Assembly (NCBI GenBank): GCA_023244935.1
Contig: JAHFLJ010000002.1
Location: 1 to 52,854 of the forward strand
DNA: 52,854 nt
Direction of reading: 5' to 3'
Source of the DNA: Candidatus Liptonbacteria bacterium
Lineage (GTDB): Bacteria; Patescibacteriota; Minisyncoccia; UBA6257; 2-01-FULL-56-20
Shown: piece by piece, positions 34,175 through 43,932 of the stretch
How the letters are laid out: every line of letters starts with the position of its first letter
Position numbering within the stretch: the first letter of the stretch is position 1
Notes under the pieces: model-generated
What the model was told of the DNA's origin: nothing
Databases searched by the model: none
Seen by the model: the letters and a program-made list of their open reading frames with translations, nothing else
Program-made: the position numbers and the translations under genes

Positions 34175-35010
34175 GTTGATAGTATCTGATTTAAATATTT
34201 TAATTGTATTTTCTGATTAAGGTTATAATACTCTAAATTTTTGAAAATTTCCATGATTTCGTGCCAATTTTCGGTATTTTGTTTGGTCGTCGCCTTTTTT
34301 GTAAGCAATAGGACAATAAGTTTCAAAAATGCGCTCATGTCAAAATCTTCGACATCAAGCATTTCTTTTGCCATTTCAGCTCTTTTCGCGGGATTTACGG
34401 AGAGGTATTTCTTGATTCTTAGAATTTCTTCTTTGAATTTTTCGTTGTTTAAGTATTCGAAAATCAGTCCAACTTTAGTTCCGAACATTTCTAGGGCTTC
34501 TTTAAATTCTTTTTTATTTTCTTTTTCGAAAAAAGTCAGAACCTTTTTCTCGGATGGTTCACTAAAATATATATTTTGGAATCTGGAGTTAAGCGTGGGA
34601 ATAAGCGATTCCGGGTTTTGCAAGGTCATTATCAGTAGCGAGTTCTTCGGTGGTTCTTCGGCGGATTTAAGTAGCGCATTTTGGGCTTCGGCGTTAAGTA
34701 AGTTCGCTGATTCGATTATTACGGTTTTACGTTTGGCGATTATCGGTTTCAATGAGAGATATGATTTTAATTCTCTCATTTGGTCTATGCCGATTAGCCC
34801 GTTCTTCGGAGAAAACACTCGAGAGTCTTGAAGTGGTTTTTCGGAAATTTCAAATTTTCCGGTTTCGAGATAATCGGCAAAACCTTTAGCCACGGTAGTC
34901 TTTCCAATATTGTCGGGACCGTAAAATATATAGGCGTGCCCCAAGGCGTCTTCTTCGTGAAGTTTTTTGAGCAGTTTTATTTCTGCTTCGTGTCCTAAAA
35001 TAATTTTCAT
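34159..35010 (-). CDS. holB: DNA polymerase III delta-prime subunit-like clamp-loader protein
   Basis: 283 aa. GHAYIFYGPDNIGKTTVA is the P-loop and NALLKSAEEPP is the sensor region. It overlaps frr by 16 nt. Confidence 0.75.
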   Translation of the reverse strand: MKIILGHEAEIKLLKKLHEEDALGHAYIFYGPDNIGKTTVAKGFADYLETGKFEISEKPLQDSRVFSPKNGLIGIDQMRELKSYLSLKPIIAKRKTVIIESANLLNAEAQNALLKSAEEPPKNSLLIMTLQNPESLIPTLNSRFQNIYFSEPSEKKVLTFFEKENKKEFKEALEMFGTKVGLIFEYLNNEKFKEEILRIKKYLSVNPAKRAEMAKEMLDVEDFDMSAFLKLIVLLLTKKATTKQNTENWHEIMEIFKNLEYYNLNQKIQLKYLNQILSTWKNT

Positions 35011-36024
35011 TTATCGCTTGTTTAGAAGCGTTTTTTTGTATGAGTCCAAGTGGTTTAAAATCAATCCGGTTCCACGAGCAACACAGAACAGCGGATCTTC
35101 CGCCAAGTATGCCGAGACCCCGAGATATCTTTCAAAAAATTCCGGTAGATTATGGAGTTGGGCGCTACCACCGGAGAGAATTATTCCCTTTTCCATTATG
35201 TCGGCAACGAGTTCCGGCGGAGTATCGTTAAATACGTTTTGAACCGATTCGGCGATTTCAACCAGGAGCGGTTGGAGCGCTTCGGCGATTTCGTTGGAGT
35301 TAATAATTATGTCTTTTGGAAGTCCGGTCGCGAGGTCGCGTCCGCGGAGTTGATATTCCATTTTGTTTTTAGTGACCAAAGAAGAGCCGATATTTATTTT
35401 TACGTTTTCGGAAGTTTGTTCGCCGATGGCGAGACCATATTTCTTTTTGACGTAATCACTTATCGCCGCGTCGAATTTATTTCCGGCAACCCGAAGACTG
35501 GTCCAGGCAACAATATTTCCTAAAGCGATAACCGCAACTTCAGAAGTTCCTCCACCGATGTTTACAATCATGTGCCCGGAGCGAGCGTTAATTGGAATTC
35601 CGGCGCCTAGCGCGGCGAGAACCGGTTCTTTGACGATGTAGGCGTTTCTGGCGCCGGCTTCCCGAGCGGCGTTAATAACCGCGCGTCTTTCGGTTTGGGT
35701 TATTCCTGCCGGAACGGAAATTACAACTTCCGGCTTTAACGGGCTAAACCATGGAATAGCTTTGCCGATAAAATAAGTGAGTAATGCCTTGGTTACATAG
35801 TAGTCGGCGATGACGCCGTCTTTAAGTGGTCGATAGGCAATAATTTCTTCCGGAGTCCGGCCGATCATCTCTTTAGCTTCGGAGCCGACGGCAAGGACAG
35901 TATTTTCAGGATAGCTAAGGGCGACGATGGTTGGTTCGTTGATGATGAATCCTTTACCGGGCACAAAAACAACCGTGTTTGCGGTGCCTAAATCTATGCC
36001 GATTTTGCGATTAAAAAATCCCAT
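35011..36024 (-). CDS. mreB: rod-shape-determining actin homologue MreB
   Basis: 337 aa. Motifs: IGIDLGTANTVV, NIGGGTSEVAVI and ILSGGSAQL. Confidence 0.9.
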   Translation of the reverse strand: MGFFNRKIGIDLGTANTVVFVPGKGFIINEPTIVALSYPENTVLAVGSEAKEMIGRTPEEIIAYRPLKDGVIADYYVTKALLTYFIGKAIPWFSPLKPEVVISVPAGITQTERRAVINAAREAGARNAYIVKEPVLAALGAGIPINARSGHMIVNIGGGTSEVAVIALGNIVAWTSLRVAGNKFDAAISDYVKKKYGLAIGEQTSENVKINIGSSLVTKNKMEYQLRGRDLATGLPKDIIINSNEIAEALQPLLVEIAESVQNVFNDTPPELVADIMEKGIILSGGSAQLHNLPEFFERYLGVSAYLAEDPLFCVARGTGLILNHLDSYKKTLLNKR

Positions 36025-36214
36025 AATTTGTATTAATAGTTAAGCGCAAAAGAGATGTTCTGACAAGTGGCAAATAACTAATGACTTATCACTCATCACT
36101 TATGACCAATGACCAGTGACTGATGACTTATGACAAATAACAACAGCCCATTACTAAATTGGTTCAGGCTGTTTTCGTTATTAGTTATAAGTGGACAGTT
36201 ATAAGTTATTTTGA

Positions 36215-36400
36215 TTATTTTGTTGCATTATATAATGCGGATATTTCCGCAGCGGAGAGGGCTCGGTTGTAGATTCTGACGTCGTCGATAAATCCATTTA
36301 TATTAAGTCCATCGGCGCTTTCCCAATAAAAGTATGAGCACCACTATCAATCGAAGAAGTTTTTATTGGTATACATTAGTATCGTTAAAAGTTATTAGTG
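36215..36400 (-). pseudogene. internally deleted remnant of a pilin-LamG paralogue (5' leader plus last ~30 codons only)
   Basis: The reverse complement contains cttttaacgatactaatgtataccaataaaaacttcttcgattg, which differs by 1 mismatch from 21897..21940 and reads MYTNKNFFD-stop. It then reads GLNINGFIDDVRIYNRALSAAEISALYNATK-stop, with 29 nt identical to 23168..23196 of the intact gene. Confidence 0.75.
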
Positions 36401-36471
36401 ATAGATTGATTATATCACATATTTTCGAAAAAAGGTTGTTCGTAATTTGTTATTAGTTTAGAATTCTATCC

Positions 36472-37233
36472 ATGTTCCAGGAATATAAAAACGAAGTTGA
36501 TTACAAAGAGCAAAATGGATACGACCTTGGTGGAGTTTGGTATCCGCGCGTTACCAAAATAGTTGGAATTAAAGCCAAGCCGGCACTTTACCGATATTAC
36601 GGCGATGCTGAAAGTTATGCATCGGCTAAGGCGTCTACGGAGCGATCCGCAGAAGAAGGAACGGCCGTGCACGAGGCGGTTGAAGCTCTCCTTTTAGGAA
36701 AGACTCCGCAAATTGATTCGGGGATATTGCCTGCCGTGAATGCTTTTAGTGAATTCGCTTTAAAGAAACATATTTCCACCGAGCCGGAATTTGTGGAGCG
36801 AAGAATTGTTCATGGAGAGCATCGTTATGCCGGAACAATTGATGCACTTGCCTTTATAGACGGAAAATTTGGAGTTTTGGATATTAAAACTTCTTCCGGG
36901 ATTTATCGGGACTATAATTTGCAAACTTCCGCTTATGTCGAGGCTTTGCTTCGGGAATTCCCGGAAATAAATACACGTTGGATTTTACGTTTGGATCAGA
37001 TTGAAAATTGTTTGCGGTGCGGAGCAACTCGTCGAGTTAAGGGCGGTAACGAAAAGATTAAAAAACCATATGGCTGGGGTGCATGCAAAATCCACGAATG
37101 GGGTGAGGTCAAAGGCATAGCCGAGCTGAAAGAATTTCCGGAGTGGAAGTCAGATTTTGAGGCTTTTTTAGGGGCTAAGCGCCTCTGGGAGTGGGAGAAC
37201 GAATCGTGGCTAACGAAGGTTGGCTATCTATAG
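36472..37233 (+). CDS. PD-(D/E)XK superfamily nuclease
   Basis: 253 aa. It has GTAVHEAVE and then YAGTIDALAFIDGKFGVLDIKTSSG...YNLQTSAY, the D...D-x-K...Q..Y core. There is a C-terminal CxxC...CxxH cluster. Confidence 0.7.
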   Translation: MFQEYKNEVDYKEQNGYDLGGVWYPRVTKIVGIKAKPALYRYYGDAESYASAKASTERSAEEGTAVHEAVEALLLGKTPQIDSGILPAVNAFSEFALKKHISTEPEFVERRIVHGEHRYAGTIDALAFIDGKFGVLDIKTSSGIYRDYNLQTSAYVEALLREFPEINTRWILRLDQIENCLRCGATRRVKGGNEKIKKPYGWGACKIHEWGEVKGIAELKEFPEWKSDFEAFLGAKRLWEWENESWLTKVGYL

Positions 37234-37283
37234 CTAAACGGTGTCGTGGACGATTCTGAGCCCTTGAAGGCTCAGCTGGGAGT

Positions 37284-37366
37284 GGTCCCGACTCTTTTCT
37301 TAGGATGAAAAGAGTCGAGGATCCTCGATTTTATTGTCCCGCCAACGGCGAGACTAAAATCGGGAG
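37284..37366. repeat. REP-like units of the GTCCCGAC family
   Basis: Sequences: ggtcccgactcttttcttaggatgaaaagagtcgaggatcctcgat, then tgtcccgccaacggcgagactaaaatcgggag. Confidence 0.7.
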
Positions 37367-37394
37367 AGAATGAGACATGGTTAAGACGGGTCGG

Positions 37395-37580
37395 CTATTT
37401 GGCTTGAGTGCCGACCACGGGGCAGTTTTCGATGATTATCGGGGTTCTTTGGGCTTCTCCGGCAGAGAGCTTCCCGATTGCGAAGCACGACAGACCGACG
37501 AGCGCGCAAATAACGATGTAAAGGATATCTTTTTTGTTGGTTGAAACCCAAACTTTAATATCCTCAATTAAAATTGACAT
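37395..37580 (-). CDS. hypothetical 61-aa single-pass membrane protein
   Basis: ATG-initiated ORF with the TM helix ILYIVICALVGLSCFAIG. No family was recognised. Confidence 0.4.
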   Translation of the reverse strand: MSILIEDIKVWVSTNKKDILYIVICALVGLSCFAIGKLSAGEAQRTPIIIENCPVVGTQAK

Positions 37581-37658
37581 ATGGCGAATTATACCATAAA
37601 ATCAGTAAACTGTTGGTGACTGAGGAGAACATTTCCCGCACCGATATATTAAACCACT

Positions 37659-37931
37659 ATGGCACATACAAAAGCGCTAGGCACAAGTAAATTAGGTCGC
37701 GATTCACGAGCACAACGCTTGGGAGTTAAAGTTCAGGACGGCGGAAAAGTTATCGCCGGGCAAATTATAATTCGACAGCGTGGATGCAAGTATTTGGGAG
37801 GTAAAAATATTCTAAAAGGAGGCGATGATACTTTGTTCGCCAAAAAAGAAGGAGTAGTTAAATTCGGAACCACGAGCAAAACTCGTTTTGACGGATCAAA
37901 GAGAAAAGTTACGATTGTGGATGTAGTCTAA
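37659..37931 (+). CDS. rpmA: 50S ribosomal protein L27
   Basis: Translation [45 protein letters not shown]... gives the canonical bL27 N-terminus. Confidence 0.95.
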   Translation: MAHTKALGTSKLGRDSRAQRLGVKVQDGGKVIAGQIIIRQRGCKYLGGKNILKGGDDTLFAKKEGVVKFGTTSKTRFDGSKRKVTIVDVV

Positions 37932-38346
37932 TCTTCAGCTTTCCGCTAATTCCCTTTCTTAAAGAAAATTCAACTTCATGATCCCCAAGTTCCTTAATTG
38001 GTTTGGGGATTTTGATTTCAATTCGGTCGTTAGTGATTAAATTCGCGGAACGAAGTCCGGTAAGTATCTCGTCTTTATTAACTGAACCAAATACGCTTCC
38101 GTGTTTGTCGGTTTTTAGATAAAACTCCAGAATATTCTCGGAAATTGTTTTGGTTAACTGCTTAAGATGATGCTCGTCTTTTTCTTCGTAGCTGTGTTTA
38201 ACCTCAACATCTTTAAGTCCGGAATCAGTGGCGAGTTTGGCGAGTCCTTTGGCAATTAAAAAATTTTTTCCATAGCCATCAGAAACATTTTTAACATCAT
38301 TTTTTTTACCAAGATCGCGGACGTCTTTAAGTAAAATTACTTTCAT
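37909..38346 (-). CDS. rplI: 50S ribosomal protein L9
   Basis: Translation [36 protein letters not shown]... gives the canonical bL9 N-domain. Its 3' end overlaps the rpmA 3' end by 23 nt. Confidence 0.9.
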   Translation of the reverse strand: MKVILLKDVRDLGKKNDVKNVSDGYGKNFLIAKGLAKLATDSGLKDVEVKHSYEEKDEHHLKQLTKTISENILEFYLKTDKHGSVFGSVNKDEILTGLRSANLITNDRIEIKIPKPIKELGDHEVEFSLRKGISGKLKIRLHPQS

Positions 38347-38349
38347 TTT

Positions 38350-39558
38350 TTATAGTTGTTTTATTACTTCCAAAGCCTTGTCGAATTGCGGGTCCTTTTT
38401 TGCCTCAATGTCGGCGTCGGTCATTTTAACTTCATAATCTGGTTTAAGACCACCATCTTCTAAGATTTTACCGCTTGGCAATACCCAGTGCGCTATGGTT
38501 ACTTTAAATTCCGAGCCATCAGGAAGTTCTTTGAGTTGCTGAACGGTTCCCTTTCCGAAAGTTGTTTCACCGATAAGTTTAATTCCACGAAGATCTCGCA
38601 ACGCTCCGGCAAGAATTTCCGACGCCGACGCCGAACCCGCGTTGACCAGAATTACCATCGGCATATTTTTCAATGCGCCATTTCCGCTGGCTTTGAGGCT
38701 GTCGATTGTCTTTGTTCTGTCATTTTCACTAACGACAACACTTCCCGGCTCAACAAAGTAGCCGGCTAGGTTGACGGCAACTTCCAGATATCCGCCGGGG
38801 TTATTTCTTAAGTCTAAAATTATTCCCTTGGCATTTTTATCAACAGCTTCTTTGACGGCATCATAAAAAACTTTGCTGGCGTTAGCGTTGAAACTATAAA
38901 GAGAGATGTGCGCGTATCCGTCTTTCATCACGCTGTCCAGTGTCGGCACTTCAATTTTTTGACGAACTATTGAAAAATCTTTTGCCTTATCCCAGCCTTC
39001 GCGATAAATGTTTAACGTGGCAGTTGTTCCTTCCGGTCCACGAATTAAAGTAACCGCTTTTTCGGTAGACATTCCTTCGGTAGAGGTAGAATTAATTTTT
39101 AGAATCCAGTCCCCGGACTTTATTCCGGCCTTTTCCGCCGGTGAATTTTTTAGCGGAGAAATTATGCTAAGTTGTTCTTTGCGGATTCCGATTTCCGCTC
39201 CGATTCCGCTAAATACTCCTTGCACATCCTGTTCAAATTTTTTGGCTTCTTCCGGGGTAAAAAATTGGGAGTAAGGATCGTTAAGCGAGCCGACCAACCC
39301 TTTTATTGCTCCGTAAACTCGATCTTTTCCGGATACTTGGTCACTACGGAGATAATTTTCGTCGATTAATTTCCAAGTCTCCCAGAAAGTATTAAAATCT
39401 CCGTTCTGAGTGCGGGAGTCTATTCCGGTTACTCCTTGGGCTATTATTTTTCGTGGGTTTTCCGCGCCGGTTCGATAACCCCAGAAATATCCGCTTCCGG
39501 TTAACGCTAGAACCGACAAAATTACCGCAATATAGGATACAAATTTTTTATTTAACAT
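38350..39558 (-). CDS. ctpA: S41 family carboxy-terminal processing peptidase
   Basis: 402 aa. It has an N-terminal anchor, a PDZ segment (SPAEKAGIKSGDWILKIN), GSASASEILAGALRD (catalytic Ser) and TFGKGTVQ (Lys). Confidence 0.9.
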   Translation of the reverse strand: MLNKKFVSYIAVILSVLALTGSGYFWGYRTGAENPRKIIAQGVTGIDSRTQNGDFNTFWETWKLIDENYLRSDQVSGKDRVYGAIKGLVGSLNDPYSQFFTPEEAKKFEQDVQGVFSGIGAEIGIRKEQLSIISPLKNSPAEKAGIKSGDWILKINSTSTEGMSTEKAVTLIRGPEGTTATLNIYREGWDKAKDFSIVRQKIEVPTLDSVMKDGYAHISLYSFNANASKVFYDAVKEAVDKNAKGIILDLRNNPGGYLEVAVNLAGYFVEPGSVVVSENDRTKTIDSLKASGNGALKNMPMVILVNAGSASASEILAGALRDLRGIKLIGETTFGKGTVQQLKELPDGSEFKVTIAHWVLPSGKILEDGGLKPDYEVKMTDADIEAKKDPQFDKALEVIKQL

Positions 39559-39640
39559 TACCTTATTCTACATTATAGATATTCTTCGGCAAATAGGGTA
39601 AAATCTTGGGGTGGATGTACCGAAGCAAGGATATCTGGAT

Positions 39641-39913
39641 ATGATGGCAAAGCGCTCGAAAGAGTCGCGTGCGTACCAGAAGCATCAATCGATAGGCTTG
39701 GAACTTGCCGAAATATTAGGCGATCGAGAGCATAAATCGCTATATATTAAGCTGGCCAAGGAGAATTCTGCAACCCTACTTCTGTCTTTGGCTAAAGATG
39801 TTTCTACCAGGAAAGATGTTAAAAATTATGGCGCATATTTTATGCGGGTGCTTACGGAAAATAAATTAAAAAATAAAAAAACCAATGGATCACGTTTGGA
39901 AGCTGGAAAATAA
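39641..39913 (+). CDS. hypothetical small basic protein
   Basis: ATG 39641 (MMAKRSKESRAYQK...); a GTG at 39611 is an alternative start. It overlaps the def start. No family was recognised. Confidence 0.4.
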   Translation: MMAKRSKESRAYQKHQSIGLELAEILGDREHKSLYIKLAKENSATLLLSLAKDVSTRKDVKNYGAYFMRVLTENKLKNKKTNGSRLEAGK

Positions 39914-40412
39914 TGAAGAGCGAAAACTTTTAAGAAGCAAAGCCAAGCCTTTTGATTTTTCGAAGATGAGCAAGGCTCAGATTAACGAACTTGTTTTGGG
40001 CATGCGAAGGTTAATGAAGAAAGCCAACGGAGTTGGTCTTTCGGCGAATCAAGCCGGATATGACTTTAATATGTTCGTCGCTGAAGTTCCGGACGGTAAA
40101 AAAGGCGGAAGGAAGTTCTACTCAATTTTTAACGGCAAATTGGAGAAGCTTGGTAAAGAGCAAGAAGCGGTTGAGGAGGGATGCTTGAGTGTCCCCGGAA
40201 CTTTTGGACCGGTTAAGCGACACGTAAAGGTGCAACTTACCGGATTTGATAAGGCCGGCAAGCCGGTGAAGATAAAAGCTTGGGGGCTTTTGGCGCGAGT
40301 TTTTCAACACGAGACCGACCATTTGAATGGAACTGTATTTATAGATAAAGCCGACGAACTTTATACTTTTGAGCCGGAAGATGAATCCGGCGAACGAACT
40401 AAGGCAAAATAA
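39885..40412 (+). CDS. def: peptide deformylase
   Basis: It carries the three PDF motifs: GVGLSANQ, EGCLSVPG and HETDHL. Confidence 0.9.
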   Translation: MDHVWKLENNEERKLLRSKAKPFDFSKMSKAQINELVLGMRRLMKKANGVGLSANQAGYDFNMFVAEVPDGKKGGRKFYSIFNGKLEKLGKEQEAVEEGCLSVPGTFGPVKRHVKVQLTGFDKAGKPVKIKAWGLLARVFQHETDHLNGTVFIDKADELYTFEPEDESGERTKAK

Positions 40413-41281
40413 TGATTAAATACGTATTTTTTGGAAGTCCGCGCTTTGCCGAAATCGTTTTACGGAAACTCATTGATTCAAAATTCCCGCCGATTGCGGT
40501 GGTTTGCAATCCCGATAAACCATTCGGTCGCAAAAAAGAGATGACTCCCCCGCCGACTAAGTTAATCGCGGAGAAGAACGGAATCAAGGTTTTTCAGCCT
40601 GTAAAAATAGACGAAGATTTTATGCGGAAGATTAAAGAGTTAGCCCCGGAGATATTTTTGATCGCGGCATATTCGAAAATTTTGCCGGAAAGCTTACTTT
40701 CGATTCCAATTCTTGGGAGTGTTGGAGTCCACCCTTCTGTTTTACCGAGACATCGTGGTTCGTCCCCTATTCAGAATACCATTCTCTATGGCGATAAAAT
40801 TGGCGGAGTAACTTTATATATATTAGATAAAGACGTGGATCACGGACCGGTTTTAGGCGCAGAAACCTTGGAGGTTTCGGAAAGTGTAGATTATTTAAGT
40901 CTTGAGGAAAAACTCGCCGAATTAGGTGGAAAAATGGCGCCGGAGATTTTAGTTAAATATTCAGCCGGTGAATTAAAACCGGTTGAACAAAATCATGAAC
41001 TTGCGACGTTTACGAAAAAGTTTAAAACCGAAGACGGCTTGGTAGATATCGCTGATTTGAGCGCTGCTATAAATGGAGATTTGGATTTACAGGTGGCGAT
41101 CGACCGCAAAATTAGAGCATTAAATCCGGATCCGGGAGTTTATACCGTAAAAAAAGGTAAAAGAATCAAGCTTTTGGAATCCGAAGTTCTTGAGGGTGGG
41201 TTTGTGATTAAAAAGATTCAGGTAGAAGGAAAAAAACCGACTTCTATCCTCGGAGTGATTCAGGGCGTTTTATTGGGTTAG
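40412..41281 (+). CDS. fmt: methionyl-tRNA formyltransferase
   Basis: 289 aa. Motifs: FFGSPRFA and HPSVLPRHRGSSPIQ. Its start overlaps the def stop (ATGA). Confidence 0.9.
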   Translation: MIKYVFFGSPRFAEIVLRKLIDSKFPPIAVVCNPDKPFGRKKEMTPPPTKLIAEKNGIKVFQPVKIDEDFMRKIKELAPEIFLIAAYSKILPESLLSIPILGSVGVHPSVLPRHRGSSPIQNTILYGDKIGGVTLYILDKDVDHGPVLGAETLEVSESVDYLSLEEKLAELGGKMAPEILVKYSAGELKPVEQNHELATFTKKFKTEDGLVDIADLSAAINGDLDLQVAIDRKIRALNPDPGVYTVKKGKRIKLLESEVLEGGFVIKKIQVEGKKPTSILGVIQGVLLG

Positions 41282-41342
41282 TTATTTGACTTAGAGGGAC
41301 TGGCGTTTTAATATCGCTTCAGAACATAAAAGGAGGCGGACA

Positions 41343-41471
41343 ATGACGTATCCGCCCAAGGAATATTATTCGAGTCAGGAAGAGACGAAGGAGACTCAGA
41401 AAATTTCGCGGATTCTTTCTGTTCTGGGATTTGTGGCTTTGGTTATTGGAGTGCTACTGCTCGGAATTTAA
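41343..41471 (+). CDS. 42-aa tail-anchored small membrane protein (unannotated in the ORF track)
   Basis: An AAAGGAGG Shine-Dalgarno sequence lies 6 nt before ATG 41343. Translation: MTYPPKEYYSSQEETKETQKISRILSVLGFVALVIGVLLLGI. A terminator follows immediately. Confidence 0.55.
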   Translation: MTYPPKEYYSSQEETKETQKISRILSVLGFVALVIGVLLLGI

Positions 41472-41497
41472 AAACCCCTTTCGGGGTTTTTGTTTTA
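41472..41497. terminator. intrinsic terminator between convergent genes
   Basis: Stem aaacccc / ggggttt with a 4-nt loop, followed by ttgtttt. Confidence 0.65.
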
Positions 41498-41498
41498 G

Positions 41499-43046
41499 TT
41501 AGTTTTTTTTCTTTGGTGAATATCTGTGAATTCCGTATTTATGGCGGAAGTTGATATACCAACCGGAAATTCCACCGATTAGAGATGCCACGATCATAAT
41601 CATTATAAATGCCCCAACGTAAACATTGTTTGTTTTTATGGGGCCGATTTGAATCAGAACTCCTGGCGCAACGTTAAATTCGTGAATTCGAGAGTTTACA
41701 CTAACAGCTCCTCGTTTATCGACAGCCTGCAAATATATCTTATATTTTCCTTCTTCGAGAGCTTTTGGCCATACAAAAGAGAATCTTCCGTCCGGATCGC
41801 TTCTTACGATACGTTTTTCTTCGTCTTCGCCAAGCTTTGTGACAAAAATGTATACACTGGAATCAGGGTACGTTGCGCCATCCAAACTTAAAAAGTCACC
41901 GCTTTTTAATGCATCGGAATACACGTTCATTTGCGGTGGATCAATCGGAAGCACGTTTATTTCCGTATAGGCAACAGTTTTGTTTCCTGCTCTGTCAATT
42001 GCCTGAATCAGTAAAGTGCGTTTCCCTGGAAGTTGCTTTGGCAACATAAATGCGTCTACGGCTACTGCGCTGTTCGAAATGTCGAAGAAGTCCCCATCGC
42101 CGATTTTAGCCTGATATTTTTCAACTCCCGAAACGCTATCTGATGTTACAAAAGAAACTATCGGACTTGGATCTGATAGTTCTTGACCATTTTGAACCGT
42201 GATTTTAAACGGAGCTGGAGGGGTCGTGTCCACGTTAACTCTAAAGTGTGAAATGGACCCTAATCCATTTTTGTTTTTCAGTTGAACGTGAAAATAAAAA
42301 GTTCCATCTGGAATATTTTCTACCGTCTTTTCGGTTGTGTCCGCTGAGTTCAAAATGGTTGGGAGAGAGTTTGCCGATTTATTAAGAAGTGTGCGGACTT
42401 GAGTTACTCCGTCCGGAAGTGGCCGCCAGCTGAAAGTAGCATTGTTTTGCGAATACCATTTGTTCGGATCGGGATGAGTCGGGGATATTATTTTTGGAGC
42501 AGCCGGAGAATTTTCGGCAATGGATGGGGTGGTTACTTCGGCATTAGCTGGAGTTTGTGGGACGGTATTTATGTTGTAGTGACCTCCGGATATTGCCTTT
42601 AAGACATTCGTACCGGTTCCGTCGTTAGCTAATATTGAAGCAGACGAGAACGTAGTATCTGCTAAGCCGTAACCTTTAGCTCTAAAGTTTACGGTAAGAA
42701 TTTTAGCACTTGGTCCTGTAAACCCTGGGTTTAATATTACTCCTTCGAAATTAACTGTTCCGGCTTGGTTGGAGAAAGTTGGTTCCTGAACCCATAGGCT
42801 CATTATTGTGCCAGTTTTTGATATTGAGGTAACTTCCAGCGTGTCTGACGGAAAAGAAAGTATTCCTGAGACTGCATTTATTGCGGAGTCTGGACTCGAA
42901 ACATATATACTTACCGAAAAACTCTGTCCCTTGCTGTAATTTCCTAAGGAAGGAGTTACGAAAATGTCAGCTGCGTTCGCACGCGAAAAACTTCCGACTA
43001 TCAAAGCTATTGAAAATGTGAATATTATTTTAAATTTACGTTGCAT
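41499..43046 (-). CDS. cohesin-like domain surface protein with Ig-like domains and a C-terminal membrane anchor
   Basis: 515 aa with a signal peptide. The N-terminal ~150 aa (SFSVSIYVSSPDSAINAVSGILSFPSDTLEVTSISKTG...GTVNFEGVILNPG...KILTVNFRAKG) match the cohesin pattern. The C-terminus has the TM helix VGAFIMIMIVASLIGGISGWY plus a basic tail. Confidence 0.65.
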   Translation of the reverse strand: MQRKFKIIFTFSIALIVGSFSRANAADIFVTPSLGNYSKGQSFSVSIYVSSPDSAINAVSGILSFPSDTLEVTSISKTGTIMSLWVQEPTFSNQAGTVNFEGVILNPGFTGPSAKILTVNFRAKGYGLADTTFSSASILANDGTGTNVLKAISGGHYNINTVPQTPANAEVTTPSIAENSPAAPKIISPTHPDPNKWYSQNNATFSWRPLPDGVTQVRTLLNKSANSLPTILNSADTTEKTVENIPDGTFYFHVQLKNKNGLGSISHFRVNVDTTPPAPFKITVQNGQELSDPSPIVSFVTSDSVSGVEKYQAKIGDGDFFDISNSAVAVDAFMLPKQLPGKRTLLIQAIDRAGNKTVAYTEINVLPIDPPQMNVYSDALKSGDFLSLDGATYPDSSVYIFVTKLGEDEEKRIVRSDPDGRFSFVWPKALEEGKYKIYLQAVDKRGAVSVNSRIHEFNVAPGVLIQIGPIKTNNVYVGAFIMIMIVASLIGGISGWYINFRHKYGIHRYSPKKKN

Positions 43047-43047
43047 T

Positions 43048-43923
43048 TTATCTAGACGCTTTTCTTCGTCTATATATTATTATTCCTATTAATAATAATA
43101 GCAGAACTATTAAAACTGAAAAGAGTGAATAGTTGATAATTTGTTTGTTTGTAGAGTTAGTACTTTTTGGTATTTTAACTACAATAAAACTTTTATCTTT
43201 CGAAACGGCTCGGACGTATATATCCCCTTTAATTTTTTGGTCCTCCAGTAAATATGGAGACTCCGCATTCTTCCAGACACCGACGTTATCCAGTCCAGTT
43301 TCCAGAACTTCGTAGTGGTCAATTCCTGAGCTCTTGTCGGTTGTGGAGAATATTAAAACATTTTTTCCAGAATGAATATTTGGATCAGAAATTATGATCG
43401 GCGAGAAATTTTCTGGAGGTATTGTTGCGGTTCTGCTGGGGGTTGTGGTAGCAATTAAAATAGAACTTTTAAATTTTAACTCACCCTTATTTATTGTGGT
43501 TTCGGTTCCTAACCCATCGTTTAGGAGCGCAGTGGCGTCGTTTAGACTGAAACTTGCCTCTCCGCTTCCTGTAACACGCAGATATACTTTTACTAATTGT
43601 CCGCGAGAGCCATTATATCCACCCGGGACTATTCCGGCGAAGCGTATTGTGTTTTTAGATATGGATGGTTTTTCTATCCAGAAATTAACCAGAGATCTCG
43701 CATCGCTTACATCTTCTAGAACTATATTGTTGGAAGAAAATGTTAAGGTCGCCGAAACCGTATTTATTTCTTGATTTTCGGTATCAATCAGGATATTTAT
43801 CTCTTGTCTTCCGGTTCCAACTACATTCTTGTCGAGTAAAAAGTAGGCTGCATGCACACCGGCTGGTAAAATTCCCAAAAAGATGGCAATTATTAATAAT
43901 TTGATAGTTGTTTTGTGTGTCAT
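43048..43923 (-). CDS. cohesin-like domain surface protein with a C-terminal membrane anchor
   Basis: 291 aa with a signal peptide. It has EINILIDTENQEINTVSATLTFSSNNIVLEDVSDARSL...IRFAGIVPGG...QLVKVYLRVTG. The C-terminus has the TM helix LFSVLIVLLLLLIGIIIY followed by RRRKASR. Confidence 0.6.
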   Translation of the reverse strand: MTHKTTIKLLIIAIFLGILPAGVHAAYFLLDKNVVGTGRQEINILIDTENQEINTVSATLTFSSNNIVLEDVSDARSLVNFWIEKPSISKNTIRFAGIVPGGYNGSRGQLVKVYLRVTGSGEASFSLNDATALLNDGLGTETTINKGELKFKSSILIATTTPSRTATIPPENFSPIIISDPNIHSGKNVLIFSTTDKSSGIDHYEVLETGLDNVGVWKNAESPYLLEDQKIKGDIYVRAVSKDKSFIVVKIPKSTNSTNKQIINYSLFSVLIVLLLLLIGIIIYRRRKASR

Positions 43924-43932
43924 GTTTTTATT

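Noticed and set aside
34241-34831. 196-aa plus-strand ORF inside holB, and similar long antisense ORFs (3745..4266 -, 15985..16488 -, 35152..35523 +, 43955..44470 +, 52262..52756 +)
   Set aside because: In every case the opposite strand carries a gene with recognisable motifs. The shadow ORFs are low-complexity (Ser/Phe/Ile-rich), have no recognisable motifs or ribosome-binding sites, and arise from the AT-rich codon bias.
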